A stretch of DNA of 64,000 nt from an uncultured delta proteobacterium. GTDB lineage: Bacteria; Desulfobacterota; RBG-13-43-22. Position numbers and translations under genes: made by a program. Below the pieces are notes generated by a model. The model worked only from the letters and a program-made list of their open reading frames with translations, did no database searches and was not told the DNA's origin. Shown here piece after piece: positions 20,793-32,202 of the stretch. Where the stretch lies: contig CAWDKY010000014.1 in assembly GCA_963802945.1 (NCBI GenBank), positions 32,001-96,000 on the forward strand, written 5' to 3'. How positions within the stretch are numbered: the first letter of the stretch is position 1; each line of letters begins with the position of its first letter.

Positions 20793-20893
20793 AAAATACG
20801 AATAATGAATTTCGAACACCGAATTTCGAATCATGAACGGATTGGTTTCTTTCTGTCTTCGATTCAATATTCGTAATTCGATATTCGACGTTT
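20793..20893. repeat. Heptamer-periodic inverted-repeat element
   Basis: (NNCGAAT)n arm and (ATTCGNN)n arm between convergent ssb and hemA. Confidence 0.75.
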
Positions 20894-20924
20894 TCCTGCT
20901 TCGTGGCGCTCCCCGGGGCATGTT

Positions 20925-22205
20925 TTATGAGTCTTCCCGTCCTGTATCGATCTTGAAAATTTTTTGAACCTGATCAATTTTTTCATCTTGGTGATCATCA
21001 TGGCCCGGTTCTTTTAAAAAAGAGATGGGATCATGGAGGATCTTGTTGATCATGGAACCGGCCATTTGTTCAACTGCCTTTTGCTGCTCGGCTGTTAAAC
21101 CCTCCAAGACCGGCCCGGCTTTTTTCCATTCCCCCTGAAAGATATCCTCTACTTTTTTCCGCAGGCCGATAATGGTTGGGACAACCTCCAGTTCCTTCAG
21201 CCAGGAACGAAACTTGATACCCTCTTCCTGAACGATCCTTTCGGCTTGCAGGGCCTCTTGTTTTCTTTCGGCCATATTTTGATGGACTATTCCCTGGAGG
21301 TCATCCATATCATAAAGAAAGACATTATCCATTTCATTGATCCGGGGATCGATATCCCTGGGTAGGGCGATATCGATGAAGAAAAGGGGCCGTTGTTTTC
21401 TTTGTTTCATGATACCTTTAACCTGCGGGTAAGAGATAATCCTCTCCTGGGCCCCGGTAGAACTGATGACGATATCGCTTTCCAATAAGGCGGAGGGGAT
21501 CTCTTCCAGGGAAACGGCCTGGCCTTGCCATCGCCTGGCCAGTTCCATGGCCCGTTCCAAAGTCCGATTGGCCACGATAATTTTCCGGACCTGGTTATTC
21601 AAGAGGTGTTCCGCGGCCAGCTCGGCCATTTCTCCGGCTCCGATCAAAAGGCATTTTTTCCCGGATAGATTCTGAAAAATCTTTTTGGCCAGTTCCACGG
21701 CGGCAAAACTGATGGATACTGCGTGACTGCCGATCCCGGTTTCGGTGCGGATGCGTTTGGCCACGGAAAAGGTCTTGTGAAGCAGGCGATTGAGGATGAC
21801 GCCGGTGGTGTGATACTTGACCGCTTCCCGATAAGCTTCTTTGATCTGCCCCAGGATCTGAGGTTCTCCTATGACCAGGGAGTCCAAACCGGCCGCAACT
21901 CGAAACAGGTGCCGGACAGCCTCATCCGCCTGATAAATATAAATCGCCGGTAAAAGGTCGGAAGGGGAAAGGAGATGTCCGTCGGACCAATAGGTTAACA
22001 ACTCCTGGATCACCTGATCCGGTTCATCGGCAGCAAAAAGGATTTCAACCCGGTTGCAGGTGGAAAGGAAAAGAGTTTCCTTAATTCCGGGAACTCCTTT
22101 AAGGAAGGAAAAATCCGGCCCTTTTTGATTTAAAAACTCGGTCAGCCGTTCCCGCAGGGCCACCTCGGCGGTGTTATGATTTAGACCAATAATAACCAAT
22201 TCCAA
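20925..22205 (-). CDS. hemA: Glutamyl-tRNA reductase
   Basis: STCNRVE, GLDSLVIGEPQILGQ, GAGEMA, DIALPRDI. Confidence 0.97.
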   Translation of the reverse strand: MELVIIGLNHNTAEVALRERLTEFLNQKGPDFSFLKGVPGIKETLFLSTCNRVEILFAADEPDQVIQELLTYWSDGHLLSPSDLLPAIYIYQADEAVRHLFRVAAGLDSLVIGEPQILGQIKEAYREAVKYHTTGVILNRLLHKTFSVAKRIRTETGIGSHAVSISFAAVELAKKIFQNLSGKKCLLIGAGEMAELAAEHLLNNQVRKIIVANRTLERAMELARRWQGQAVSLEEIPSALLESDIVISSTGAQERIISYPQVKGIMKQRKQRPLFFIDIALPRDIDPRINEMDNVFLYDMDDLQGIVHQNMAERKQEALQAERIVQEEGIKFRSWLKELEVVPTIIGLRKKVEDIFQGEWKKAGPVLEGLTAEQQKAVEQMAGSMINKILHDPISFLKEPGHDDHQDEKIDQVQKIFKIDTGREDS

Positions 22206-22207
22206 AA

Positions 22208-23071
22208 TTAAATCCTTTTTTCAGATTCCTGGCTCTGAACGGCAGGGGCTTTAAAAGCCGAAAAGCTATGGTATCCTTTAACCAGAAAATTTACACCTAA
22301 GAAGGAAAAGGTCAATATTAGAAACCCGATAATGGAGATCATGGCCGAACGCCGGCCCCGCCATCCGGACACCAGACGGCCGTGCAGCAGGGCGGCATAA
22401 AGCAGCCAGGTAATCAAGGACCAAACCTCTTTGGGATCCCACCTCCAGAAGGTACCCAGGGTGTATTGGGCAAAGATCGACCCGCTGAGCATGCCCAGGG
22501 TTAAAAGAGGGAATCCGAGAATCAGGCAGTTATAATTCAGTGCATCCAAGACCTCCAGCGAGGGAAGCCGATAATAAAGAGGGCCTAAATGTTTGGATTT
22601 GATCTGGCGTTCCTGGATGAGATACATGATCCCGGCCAAAAAGGCGACGGCAAATACCCCGTTGCCGATAAAGATGGTTACTATGTGAACCATCAACCAA
22701 ATATTATGCAGCAGGGGATTAACCGGTCCGGTTTGATGGGGAAGAAAGGACGAGCTGATCATCATCACTGCGGCTAGGGGAGAAAGAAAAGAGCCCAGTA
22801 CCATGATGTTGAATCGAATCTGGATTAAAAGGTATACTCCGATGATGGCCCAGGCAAAAAACGATAAGGACTCCTGTAAATTATGAACCGGGAAATAGCC
22901 GGTTTGAATAGTCCAGAAGCCGATAGTGAACGTATGGATTAAAAATCCCAGAAAGAGAAAGCCGAAAGAAATTCGGGCCAGGGGTTTGAGTTGAAAAACA
23001 ATAAATAGAATATAACCCAAAGTGCCCAGCAAATAGAGACTTAATGTGCATTTGAAAAAGAAAACGGCCAT
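22208..23071 (-). CDS. ccsA: Cytochrome c biogenesis CcsA/HemX-family membrane protein
   Basis: WRWDPKEVWS WWD motif; multi-TM; lies between sirC and hemA. Confidence 0.88.
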   Translation of the reverse strand: MAVFFFKCTLSLYLLGTLGYILFIVFQLKPLARISFGFLFLGFLIHTFTIGFWTIQTGYFPVHNLQESLSFFAWAIIGVYLLIQIRFNIMVLGSFLSPLAAVMMISSSFLPHQTGPVNPLLHNIWLMVHIVTIFIGNGVFAVAFLAGIMYLIQERQIKSKHLGPLYYRLPSLEVLDALNYNCLILGFPLLTLGMLSGSIFAQYTLGTFWRWDPKEVWSLITWLLYAALLHGRLVSGWRGRRSAMISIIGFLILTFSFLGVNFLVKGYHSFSAFKAPAVQSQESEKRI

Positions 23072-23077
23072 GAGTCC

Positions 23078-23764
23078 TCACTGAAGGGAAGGGAACAGTT
23101 TATCTAAAAGTTCGGTTAAGTTGGCCCGGGGGAAAGGCGGCTTCAGGAGGCGGTCCATAAGAGCAAACAGGGATTCAAAAGCCCCGGTTTCCAACCAGGA
23201 CAAGATTGGAGCGGTGACCAAGGTTTCAAAAATTTTTTGGTTTTCCTCCTGGGACATTTTGCGGGCCAGGACCTCGTTGCGTATTTGACCCAACAACTCC
23301 AGATATGGGCCGTAGATTTCGGGAAACTTTTCTTCCAAATCCAGACGAATTTTTTTGGACAAAGCCGGGCTTTTCCCGGCAGTGGAAACAGCAATGGTCA
23401 GATCGCCGCGGCAGACCAGAGAGGGGAGGATAAAATTGCATTCATTGGGCTCATCGGCGATATTGCACAGTATCCGGTGTTCTTTGGCCTCCCGGCCGAT
23501 TTTCTTGTTGAGTTCCGAATCATCGGTGGCCCCGATGACCAGGAGCATCTCTTTAAGGTATTCGGTCTGGTAAGATGAGGCCAGAAGAATAATCCGACCC
23601 TGCTGCACTTCTTCTCTAAGATAAGGGGTCAGTTCCTGGCTGATCAGATAAACTTTGGCCGAGCAGGATTGCAGGGTCTTTACCTTTCGTTCCCCCACTT
23701 GCCCTCCCCCAACAACCAAACAGGGGGTATTTTGTAAATCCAAAAAGACAGGATAATAACGCAT
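23078..23764 (-). CDS. Precorrin-2 dehydrogenase/sirohydrochlorin ferrochelatase (SirC/CysG N-terminal/Met8-like)
   Basis: YYPVFL, VVGGGQVGERK, CNIADEP, ST.GKSP. Confidence 0.9.
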   Translation of the reverse strand: MRYYPVFLDLQNTPCLVVGGGQVGERKVKTLQSCSAKVYLISQELTPYLREEVQQGRIILLASSYQTEYLKEMLLVIGATDDSELNKKIGREAKEHRILCNIADEPNECNFILPSLVCRGDLTIAVSTAGKSPALSKKIRLDLEEKFPEIYGPYLELLGQIRNEVLARKMSQEENQKIFETLVTAPILSWLETGAFESLFALMDRLLKPPFPRANLTELLDKLFPSLQ

Positions 23765-23797
23765 AAAATTGCTCGGTTTAGTTAGAGAATAAATGAC

Positions 23798-23940
23798 AAG
23801 AATCCAGAATCCAGAAGTCAGAATTCAGAATAAAAACACTTGAACTTTTTTTAACCCTTGAATCCTTTGTTTAAAGTCCAGGGTTTTTACTTCCGAGCCG
23901 TTCACTTGAATCCTTGACCCCTTGACCCCTCGAATCCTTT
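23798..23940. repeat. Heptamer and octamer periodic repeat cluster
   Basis: AGAATCC AGAATCC AGAAGTC AGAATTC AGAAT; CTTGAATC CTTGACCC CTTGACCC CTCGAATC. Confidence 0.75.
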
Positions 23941-24097
23941 GTTTTTTTTTAACATCTTATCATGAATTACCCTCTTGTCAACTTTTAGGCTTAATAACCA
24001 ATAGTTGATAATCAAAGCCAAATAGTGTATTAAATATAAAAATACGGTTCAAGTTCTTCGTCTAACAAAAAACAAAACCAGAAATCGGTTATTAATC

Positions 24098-25637
24098 ATG
24101 GCTACAGAATTACTGATCAATGCCCGTTCCTATGAAACCCGTGTGGCGGTGATCGAAAATAATATCCTGGCCGAGCTCCATGTCGAGCGGCCCAGCCGAT
24201 ACAGTCTGGCCGGTAATATCTATAAGGGTCGGGTGGTCCGGGTATTGCCTGGGATGCAGGCCGCCTTTGTCGATATCGGACTGGAACGGGCGGCCTTTCT
24301 TTATATTACCGATGTAACCGACAATTTTGAAGAGTTCGAGGCCATGATGAAGGAAGAGGAGGAAGACCCGGAGGAAGAGTCTGGGCGAACTGGAAGTCGA
24401 ACTCGAAGAAAAAGTGACATCCCGTCAACCTTATTTTAATATTGAGGACCTGCTTAATGAAGGGCAGGAACTACTGGTCCAGGTTGTCCGGGAACCACTC
24501 GGTTCAAAGGGTGCCCGGATCACCACTCACATCTCTTTACCCGGTCGTCATTTAGTCCTCATGCCCACCATGGATCATATTGGTGTTTCCCGCCGTATTG
24601 AAGATGAAACGGAGCGGAAAAAACTTAGAGAATTTTTAAGTGAGATCAAACCGGATGGATTTGGATTGATTGCCAGGACGGCCAGCGAAGGGGCACTCAA
24701 GGACAAGATCAAGACTGAAATGGATTTTTTGATCAAGCTTTGGAACAATATCCAACAAAAAATGCCCCGGGCTTCTATTTCCAGCCTTATTTACCAGGAT
24801 TTGAATATTACCCTCCGGGCGGTCAGGGATCTTTTTACCAAGGAAGTTGATCGCCTGGTGATCGATTCCCGGCCGGAATATGAGCAGATTCTTCAATTTA
24901 TCGATACTTTTATGCCTAAATTGAAACATCTGGTCCACTTATACGAAGGGAAAGAGCCCCTTTTTGACGGCTATGGAATCGAGGTGGAAGTGGGACGGGC
25001 CTTGGGCAAAAAGGTCTGGTTGAAATCAGGCGGCTATATCGTTATTGAAGCTACCGAGGCCTTGACCTCGATCGATGTCAATACCGGTCGTTATGTGGGC
25101 AAGAGGAATCTGGAAGAAACCATTCTTAAGACCAACTTGGAGGCCGTCAAAGAGATTGCCTACCAGTTGCGGCTGCGCAATATCGGCGGATTGGTGGTTA
25201 TTGATTTTATTGATATGGAAAAAAAGAGCGACCGGGAAAAGGTTTTTAATGCCCTGAAAGAAGCCCTGAAACGAGACAAGAACAAGACCAATGTTCTTAA
25301 GATGTCCGAACTGGGGTTGATTGAAATGACCCGGAAACGGACCCGTGAAAATTTGACTCGGCTGTTCCGGGAACCTTGTTTTTATTGCGAGGGTGAAGGT
25401 TGGCTGAAATCCAAAAATTCCATTTGCTATCAGATCTTCCGGCAGATTGAGCGAGAGGCCTGGGAAATGCCTGGAGATAGCCTGACCTTGCAGGTCCATC
25501 CGGAAATTGCCGGTCTGCTTCTGGATGAAGAGCATCCGGCCATGGAAGAAGTGGAACAAAGGATCGGCAAGAGGATCTCCGTGGAGTCCAAAGAAGCCAT
25601 GCATCTGGAACAATTTAAAATTTATAATGATAAATAG
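24098..25637 (+). CDS. rng: Ribonuclease G/E family (frameshift near 24380-24415)
   Basis: GNIYKGRV..VLPGMQAAFVDIG, KGARIT, IDVNTG, RLRNIGG..VIDFIDM, CFYCEG. Confidence 0.9.
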
Positions 25638-25699
25638 TCCGATTTTTTGTTTTTTCTTGACAGTGGAATAACTCTTAAGATAGATGTTTCGATAAAGCT

Positions 25700-25774
25700 G
25701 GGCGGGTAGCTCAGCGGGAGAGCATCGGCCTTACAAGCCGAGGGTCACAGGTTCAAATCCTGTTCCGCCTACCA
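25700..25774 (+). tRNA. tRNA-Val(TAC)
   Basis: Cloverleaf, anticodon loop CTTACAA, GGTTCAAATCC, CCA end. Confidence 0.95.
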
Positions 25775-25789
25775 TTTACCATTTTGATC

Positions 25790-25866
<77 letters not shown>

Positions 25867-26055
25867 ATACATTGAAGCTTCCCGTCCGAAACAGAACGAG
25901 GAGCTTCAATGTACTCGCGAATCTTGTTTTTTTATTGACATCGTTTTTCTTTTTCAATAAGCTCTTAAAAACTTTAGAAGATTAAGGATGGGGTCATCCC
26001 CGGTCTACCGCAAACTAGACGTGAACGATTTCCCATTTCAGAAGGCCCTCCAAAT

Positions 26056-26523
26056 ATGTTTGTTTCGCAATCAGGTAAAGGCTTTTTGTTGATCATCCTC
26101 CTTATTTTGATTTTGGGAGTGGTGGGTCTGTGGTTGTTTTCCTCTCAATTAGGGTTCCCCCTAGAAGGCTCGGAGAAGGAAGATGTGCATATTGTTCTTT
26201 CCCAAGAGGGAACTACTGCGGAACATGTCTGGGCCATAACAGGATATGGGGTAATCCTGGACTGTGAAGGAGTAATCGATTCTCCTCCGGGAACTTACTT
26301 ACTTACCATTATGGCCGATGATGAGGTGGCCTATGAAGGAAAGTTAATGGCCGGCCAAAAACATCAATATAAACTGAAGACCCGCTGGGGGAGGGCCATG
26401 ACCATTATTACCCACAAGCTTAAAGGATTAAGTGGCCAAAAAGAGGTCAAGGTTACCTACCTTTTTACCTACACCTATTCCTATAAAAGCCTCCTGAATC
26501 GTTTGATCCCTTGGGGGGATTAA
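26056..26523 (+). CDS. Hypothetical membrane-anchored/secreted protein
   Basis: N-terminal hydrophobic helix followed by a beta-rich region; no recognised family. Confidence 0.6.
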   Translation: MFVSQSGKGFLLIILLILILGVVGLWLFSSQLGFPLEGSEKEDVHIVLSQEGTTAEHVWAITGYGVILDCEGVIDSPPGTYLLTIMADDEVAYEGKLMAGQKHQYKLKTRWGRAMTIITHKLKGLSGQKEVKVTYLFTYTYSYKSLLNRLIPWGD

Positions 26524-26638
26524 CACGATTTTTAATGTTCCTCCCATCCCAATCTTCTTTTTGACAGCCTATTGATTTTAGGATAAACCTATGTTTGAAT
26601 GGTTACTATGGTTACTAGATAAGATAAGGAGTTAAGCT

Positions 26639-27487
26639 ATGCAAGAAACCAAACCCGTTAAATTTTCCGGGGCCAAGAAATACGTACTGGATGAAGAATT
26701 GGCCAAGATCGTCAATATTACCATGGGACTGGAAATGCCCTTACTGCTAAAAGGAGAACCCGGAACAGGCAAGACCATGCTGGCTCATGCCATTGCCGAA
26801 ACCTTCGGCCTGCGATTGATTGTTCTTAATGTCAAGTCGAGCATGAAGTTGATCGATGCCCTCTACCAATACGATACCTTGACCCGTTTAAACGACAGCC
26901 GTTTCGGGGACTCCAAACGGGATGTCAGCAACATAGAAGATTATATCAAAATGGGCAAAATCGGTCAGGCCTTTACAGCCGAAGAAAAGGTGGTCTTGCT
27001 GATTGATGAGATCGACAAGGCCGACACCGATTTCCAGGACGATATGCTGGATGTTCTGGACCAAATGGAATTTGATATTATCGAGATCGATAAAACCATT
27101 TCAGCCAAGCATCGGCCGATTATTATTATAACCTCCAATGCCAAAAAAGACTTGTCTGATCCCTTTTTAGGCCGCTGCAACTTTCACCATATTGCCTTTC
27201 CCGAACCGGCTATGATGAGGAGTATTATTCATGTCCATTTCCCTAATATCGACCAGGAGCTGCTGGATAGTGCCATCCAAACCTTTTATCGTCTCCGGGA
27301 TATTAGGGGAATCGAAAAAAAACCGGCTACCCGGGAATTGATCAACTGGCTCCGGGCCTTGAGATCCGATCCGGACTTCAAGGTCAAGGACCTGATCAAA
27401 GGTGAGGTCCCTTTTTTGGGGGTTTTGTTCAAAAAGAGTCAGGATTATGTGGTGGCTCAAGCCAGCGTGGGCCATGGAAAAAGATAA
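26639..27487 (+). CDS. MoxR-family AAA+ ATPase (CoxD-like)
   Basis: GEPGTGKT, LLIDEIDKA, IITSN. Confidence 0.9.
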   Translation: MQETKPVKFSGAKKYVLDEELAKIVNITMGLEMPLLLKGEPGTGKTMLAHAIAETFGLRLIVLNVKSSMKLIDALYQYDTLTRLNDSRFGDSKRDVSNIEDYIKMGKIGQAFTAEEKVVLLIDEIDKADTDFQDDMLDVLDQMEFDIIEIDKTISAKHRPIIIITSNAKKDLSDPFLGRCNFHHIAFPEPAMMRSIIHVHFPNIDQELLDSAIQTFYRLRDIRGIEKKPATRELINWLRALRSDPDFKVKDLIKGEVPFLGVLFKKSQDYVVAQASVGHGKR

Positions 27488-27496
27488 GATCTAACT

Positions 27497-28690
27497 ATGT
27501 TTGTAGATTTTTTTTATTTTTTAAAAAAAGTGGGGATCCCGGTATCTCCCACCTCTTTCTTGAGGCTGCAGAAGGCCCTCGGAATGGGGTTGATCAATTC
27601 CTTGGATGACTTGTACATTGCCGCCCGGACTATCCTGGTTAAGAGTGAGCGTTATTTCGATTTATACGATCAGGCCTTTGCCCACCAATTCCGCGGAATG
27701 GAATTCAAGGAAGTGGATGACTTTGAAATAACGGATGAGCTCCGGGCCATGTTGGAAGAATGGCTGAAAAAGCCTGAAGACCTGGCCCAGGCCCTGGGGT
27801 TGGATGAAGACGAACTTAAAAATATGACCCCGGAGGAACTGCTCCAATACTTCCTGGATCGGTTAAAGGAACAAACCGAAGAGCACCATGGCGGTAAAAA
27901 ATGGATCGGGACCAGCGGAACTTCTCCGGTCGGTCACTCTGGCTTTCACCCGGGAGGTATGCGGGTGGGCGGAGTAGGGGGAGGCAAGTCGGCCGTCAAG
28001 GTGGCCCTGGATCGCCGATACAAGGATTATTCCCAACAAGGACCGCTGACCCAGTCCCAGATCGGGGAGGCCTTGAAACGACTCCGACATATGGTGCCGG
28101 TAGGACCCAGAGATAGGATCAATATCGACAAAACCATTTATGAAACCATGAAGAATGCCGGTGAAATCGAGATTATTTTTGATCAAAGCCTTAAAGACCG
28201 GTTAAAGGTGATCCTGGCGATCGATAACGGCGGCTGGTCTATGGATCCATATGTCGGCCTGGTCCAGACCCTTTTTAATTATGCGCGGGACCAGTTCAAG
28301 GATCTGAAGACTTTTTTCTTTCACAATACCATCTACGATTATCTGTGGGAAGATCCTCCAAGGCGGTCTAAGCCTTTTCCCACCGATCATCTGGTCCGCC
28401 TGGACCCCGAAACCCGGTTCATTATCGTCGGGGATGCCAGTATGGCCCCTTATGAATTGATGGGCAACGACGGTTACATTTATGTAGGTGAGCGTTCCGG
28501 TAGACCGAGTTACGAAAGGCTGAAGTTCATTGCCGATACCTTCAGCCATGCCCTATGGATCAACCCGGTCATGGCCTCGGATTGGGGGTATACCAGGACC
28601 ATCACCCAGATTCGGGAACTCTTTCCCATGTTCGAACTGACCTTAGACGGCCTGGAAAAGGCTGTGACCCAGATGATGACCAAGCACTAA
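27497..28690 (+). CDS. VWA/CoxE-like partner protein
   Basis: KWIGTSGTSP.GH.G, DNGGWSM MIDAS-like motif, IVGDASMAPYEL; adjacent to MoxR. Confidence 0.85.
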   Translation: MFVDFFYFLKKVGIPVSPTSFLRLQKALGMGLINSLDDLYIAARTILVKSERYFDLYDQAFAHQFRGMEFKEVDDFEITDELRAMLEEWLKKPEDLAQALGLDEDELKNMTPEELLQYFLDRLKEQTEEHHGGKKWIGTSGTSPVGHSGFHPGGMRVGGVGGGKSAVKVALDRRYKDYSQQGPLTQSQIGEALKRLRHMVPVGPRDRINIDKTIYETMKNAGEIEIIFDQSLKDRLKVILAIDNGGWSMDPYVGLVQTLFNYARDQFKDLKTFFFHNTIYDYLWEDPPRRSKPFPTDHLVRLDPETRFIIVGDASMAPYELMGNDGYIYVGERSGRPSYERLKFIADTFSHALWINPVMASDWGYTRTITQIRELFPMFELTLDGLEKAVTQMMTKH

Positions 28691-28716
28691 CCAAAATTAT
28701 TTTAAAACCTTGGTTA

Positions 28717-28852
28717 AAATCCGAAATCCGAATTTCGAAATCCGAAACAAATTAAATGAGCAAATTCCCGAATTCAAAACGTTTTTGTTTTGGTCTTTTA
28801 GATTTGGGACCTTCGGGCTTATTTCAGATTTTGTGCTTCGAATTTCGGATTT
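28717..28852. repeat. Heptamer-periodic inverted-repeat element
   Basis: AAATCCG AAATCCG AATTTCG AAATCCG AAA ... TTCAGATTT..GCTTCGAATTTCGGATTT. Confidence 0.8.
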
Positions 28853-28931
28853 AAAGATTACGCCGGTTCAAATTTTAGAAACAAATTTCTAAGATCGAGT
28901 AAAGAAAAAATCCAATTTATAGGATTATCCC

Positions 28932-29126
28932 ATGAATGGAAAAAACCGGGCGGATATTTCAACGGGAGCCCGGGGACAGGTTGTTCAGAAACAGGATCAG
29001 CATTCCGGTAAACTGACAGAAGGGATTGTCAAGGATATTCTTACCAAATCCCTCAATCATCCCCATGGAATCAAAGTTCGGCTGACTAGCGGCGTGATAG
29101 GCCGGGTGAAAGAAGGCCTTCCCTAA
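28932..29126 (+). CDS. YwbE/DUF2196 family protein
   Basis: KQDQ.SGKLTEGIVKDILTKS..HPHGIKVRL.SG.IGRV. Confidence 0.85.
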   Translation: MNGKNRADISTGARGQVVQKQDQHSGKLTEGIVKDILTKSLNHPHGIKVRLTSGVIGRVKEGLP

Positions 29127-29166
29127 CTATAATAGTTGGGTTTAAAGAAAAATATTAAGGTAAAAA

Positions 29167-31245
29167 ATGCCGAACCGATTAATTAATGAAAAAAGTCCTT
29201 ATCTTCTTCAACACGCCCATAACCCCGTTGACTGGTATCCCTGGGGGCAGGAAGCCTTTGAAAAAGCCAAGGGAGAAGACCAACCGATTTTTCTTTCCAT
29301 CGGTTACGCCACCTGTCACTGGTGCCATGTCATGGCCAATGAATCCTTTGAGGATGAAGAGGTGGCCCACTTGTTGAACCAGTCCTTTGTGTCCATTAAA
29401 GTGGATCGAGAAGAACGGCCGGACATTGATCAGGTTTATATGTCGGTCTGCCAGGCCTTGACCAGCCAGGGAGGCTGGCCCCTGTCCATTTTTATGACCC
29501 CGGAAGGAAAACCTTTTTTTGCCGGGACTTATTTCCCCAAGAGAAGTCGTTTAGGTATGTTAGGATTTCTTGAAATATTGATCCAGATCGCATCCCTCTG
29601 GCAGCGGGATCGTGATAGTATGATTAAAGCCGGAGATGAGACCAGCGAGGTCATTCAAAAAAAGACCGATTACGATTTCGAAGGTCCGTCGTTAACCGAT
29701 CAAGCCCTGGAGTTAGGCTGCCAGCAGCTGCAGAATGTCTTTGATCCCCAATGGGGCGGATTTGGTGCTGCTCCCAAATTTCCCACACCCCATCATCTGA
29801 CTTTCCTTTTGCGTCGCCATAGACGTCGGCAGGATCCCCAGGTCCGGACTATGATCGAAAAGACCCTGCAACACATGCGATTTGGAGGTATCTTTGATCA
29901 GATCGGATGGGGATTCCATCGTTATTCGGTGGATGAAAAATGGTTCGTCCCCCATTTTGAAAAGATGCTTTATGATCAGGCCCTACTGGCCATGGCCTAT
30001 ATCGAGGCTTATCAGTCCCTGCAAAATGCCTTTCACGCCCGGGTGTGCCGGGAAGTCTTCGGCTATGTTTTAAGAGATATGACCTCTCCCGAAGGGGGCT
30101 TTTACTCCGCCGAAGATGCCGACAGTGAGGGGAAAGAAGGGTTTTTTTATCTCTGGACCTATCAACAGGTCAGGGATTCATTTGATCGGGACACAGCAGA
30201 TATCTTTTGCCGTTTTTATAACATCACCCCAGCCGGAAATTTTGAAGAAGGGGAAAATATCCCTTATATTTCCATGTCGCCTGAGGAATTTGCTCAAAAA
30301 GAAAAGATGGGGCTCGAGGAATTGGAAACCTTACTAAACGAGGCTCGCGAGCGGCTTTTTTCAATCCGGGGTGATCGGGTACCTCCTTTAAAAGATGATA
30401 AAATCCTGACTTCCTGGAATGGGCTGATGATCGCGGCCCTGGCCAAAGGCACCCAGGCCTTGGGTGATCCGATCTATGCCCTGGCAGCGGTAAAGGCAGC
30501 TTTGTTTATTTTGGAAAAAATGCGTACTCCCTCAGGCGGGCTTTATCATCGATACCGGGAGGGTCATATCGCTCATCCGGGTTTTCTTGAGGATTATGCC
30601 TTTTTCATCTGGGGACTGATCGAATTGTATGAAACCGTTTTTGATATCCATTTTCTCAAGGAAGCGGTTGCCCTCAATGAACGTCTGATCGACTTGTTCT
30701 GGGATCAGGAGAATGGCGGCTGTTATTTTACGGCCAAGGAAGGTGAAAGGCTTCTTTTTCGGGGGAAAGACCTTTATGACGGGGCGATCCCTTCCGGCAA
30801 TTCAATCACCGCCCTGAATTTTCTACGTCTGGGCCGATTGACTGGAAACACCGAGCTGGAGCAAAGGGCAGATCAGCTATTCAGACATTTTTCAACCGTT
30901 GTGGCCGGATATCCGATGGCCTATACCCAATTTCTCAATGCCTTGGACTTTGGGCTTGGTCCCAGTCAGGAGATTGTGGTGGCCGGTAATTCGAAGGAAG
31001 CCGCCACCCGGGAGATGATTTCGCTTGTTCACCGGAGCTTTTTACCCAACAAGGTCTTGTTGTTGAGGCCTGACAAGGAAAAAGAGGCGCAAAAGGCCTT
31101 TCAGCTTTCTCCTTTTTTAGAAGCACTAAAACCAATTAATAACCAGCCAACAGTTTTTCTTTGTTCCCAATATGCCTGCCGGTCCCCCATAGTGGAATTA
31201 GAAGAGTTAAAAAAGGGGATTTCTGTGAAACTGGAGACGGGTTGA
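29167..31245 (+). CDS. YyaL/SSP411-like thioredoxin-domain protein (DUF255)
   Basis: [52 protein letters not shown]. Confidence 0.92.
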   Translation: MPNRLINEKSPYLLQHAHNPVDWYPWGQEAFEKAKGEDQPIFLSIGYATCHWCHVMANESFEDEEVAHLLNQSFVSIKVDREERPDIDQVYMSVCQALTSQGGWPLSIFMTPEGKPFFAGTYFPKRSRLGMLGFLEILIQIASLWQRDRDSMIKAGDETSEVIQKKTDYDFEGPSLTDQALELGCQQLQNVFDPQWGGFGAAPKFPTPHHLTFLLRRHRRRQDPQVRTMIEKTLQHMRFGGIFDQIGWGFHRYSVDEKWFVPHFEKMLYDQALLAMAYIEAYQSLQNAFHARVCREVFGYVLRDMTSPEGGFYSAEDADSEGKEGFFYLWTYQQVRDSFDRDTADIFCRFYNITPAGNFEEGENIPYISMSPEEFAQKEKMGLEELETLLNEARERLFSIRGDRVPPLKDDKILTSWNGLMIAALAKGTQALGDPIYALAAVKAALFILEKMRTPSGGLYHRYREGHIAHPGFLEDYAFFIWGLIELYETVFDIHFLKEAVALNERLIDLFWDQENGGCYFTAKEGERLLFRGKDLYDGAIPSGNSITALNFLRLGRLTGNTELEQRADQLFRHFSTVVAGYPMAYTQFLNALDFGLGPSQEIVVAGNSKEAATREMISLVHRSFLPNKVLLLRPDKEKEAQKAFQLSPFLEALKPINNQPTVFLCSQYACRSPIVELEELKKGISVKLETG

Positions 31246-31274
31246 AGCAATAAATTATAGAAAGGATATGAAAT

Positions 31275-32108
31275 ATGGATAAAAAAATAACAGAAGGTAT
31301 GAAAGCCTTTTTTGAACAACTGGGTCTGCCGGAAGAACCTTTTGGGGTTTTTTATACCGATCAACAGCCGGAAAAAGGGTATTCTCCAAAATCGGGAAAT
31401 TTACCGACTGCAGAGATGGAGAAAAAAGGAGAAGTCAACTGGGGTTCAGTTTTTGAGAATTTTTCATGTGTTATTGGAAATATCTGGCGGGCCCGGCGTA
31501 TGGGGAGCCTGGCCTATTTTGACCGGGAACGGTTCGGCTGCCTGGGCGGGTCTTTTTATCTGGGTTTTTTAAAACCTCAATTGGATTTCATCGCTTATTA
31601 TATTTCAACCGGGATCCCTAACCAGATCCAGGGAGAACATTACCTGGAATCGCCTGAAATAACCCGCCACTTCTTTCAGACCGTTGACCCCAGGCCGGCC
31701 CCGGCCCGTTATTGTGTCTTCAAACCCATCAGTCAGTTTGCCATAAATGAACAGCCGGAACTGGTTATCTTTTTTGCACGTGGGGAAATTCTTTGCGGCT
31801 TGAATCAACTGGCCACCTTTGTTACCAACGATTTTGAGGCCGTTAGCTCCCCTTTTGGGGCCGGATGCACCAATCTTGTTACCTGGCCTTTAAAATACCT
31901 GGCAGAAGGGAAACTTAAAGCGGTTTTGGGAAGCTGGGATCCTTCGGATCGAAAATTTTTAAAACCAGACGAGCTAACCTTTACCGTCCCTTTGGCAATG
32001 TTTGAACGGATGGTCTGGCGCTGGACGGAATCCTTTTTGAAAACAACTACCTGGGATATTGTCCGAAAGAAAATCGATCGCAGCCGTCGTATCTGGGGGG
32101 AAGGATAA
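31275..32108 (+). CDS. DUF169 family protein
   Basis: GC.GG..YLGF, PELVIFFA, SPFGAGC, DE LTF pattern. Confidence 0.75.
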   Translation: MDKKITEGMKAFFEQLGLPEEPFGVFYTDQQPEKGYSPKSGNLPTAEMEKKGEVNWGSVFENFSCVIGNIWRARRMGSLAYFDRERFGCLGGSFYLGFLKPQLDFIAYYISTGIPNQIQGEHYLESPEITRHFFQTVDPRPAPARYCVFKPISQFAINEQPELVIFFARGEILCGLNQLATFVTNDFEAVSSPFGAGCTNLVTWPLKYLAEGKLKAVLGSWDPSDRKFLKPDELTFTVPLAMFERMVWRWTESFLKTTTWDIVRKKIDRSRRIWGEG

Positions 32109-32202
32109 GCGGGATTAGCAAGTAAATATCAAAAGGGGCATTTCCCTTGAATGGAATCCTGACTAGTGTGATATCTCCGTGTTCCGGTGTCTTATTTTTT
32201 TA

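Noticed and set aside
24005-24015. TTGATAATCAA palindrome between the heme operon and rng as an FNR/Fur site
   Set aside because: The spacing does not match FNR (TTGAT-N4-ATCAA) and the Fur-box similarity is only partial.
25985-26050. Possible riboswitch upstream of the 26056 ORF (GTCTA...GCAAA...TAGAC)
   Set aside because: Does not fit the c-di-GMP-I or other aptamer consensus I can recall. An Rfam/Infernal scan would be needed.
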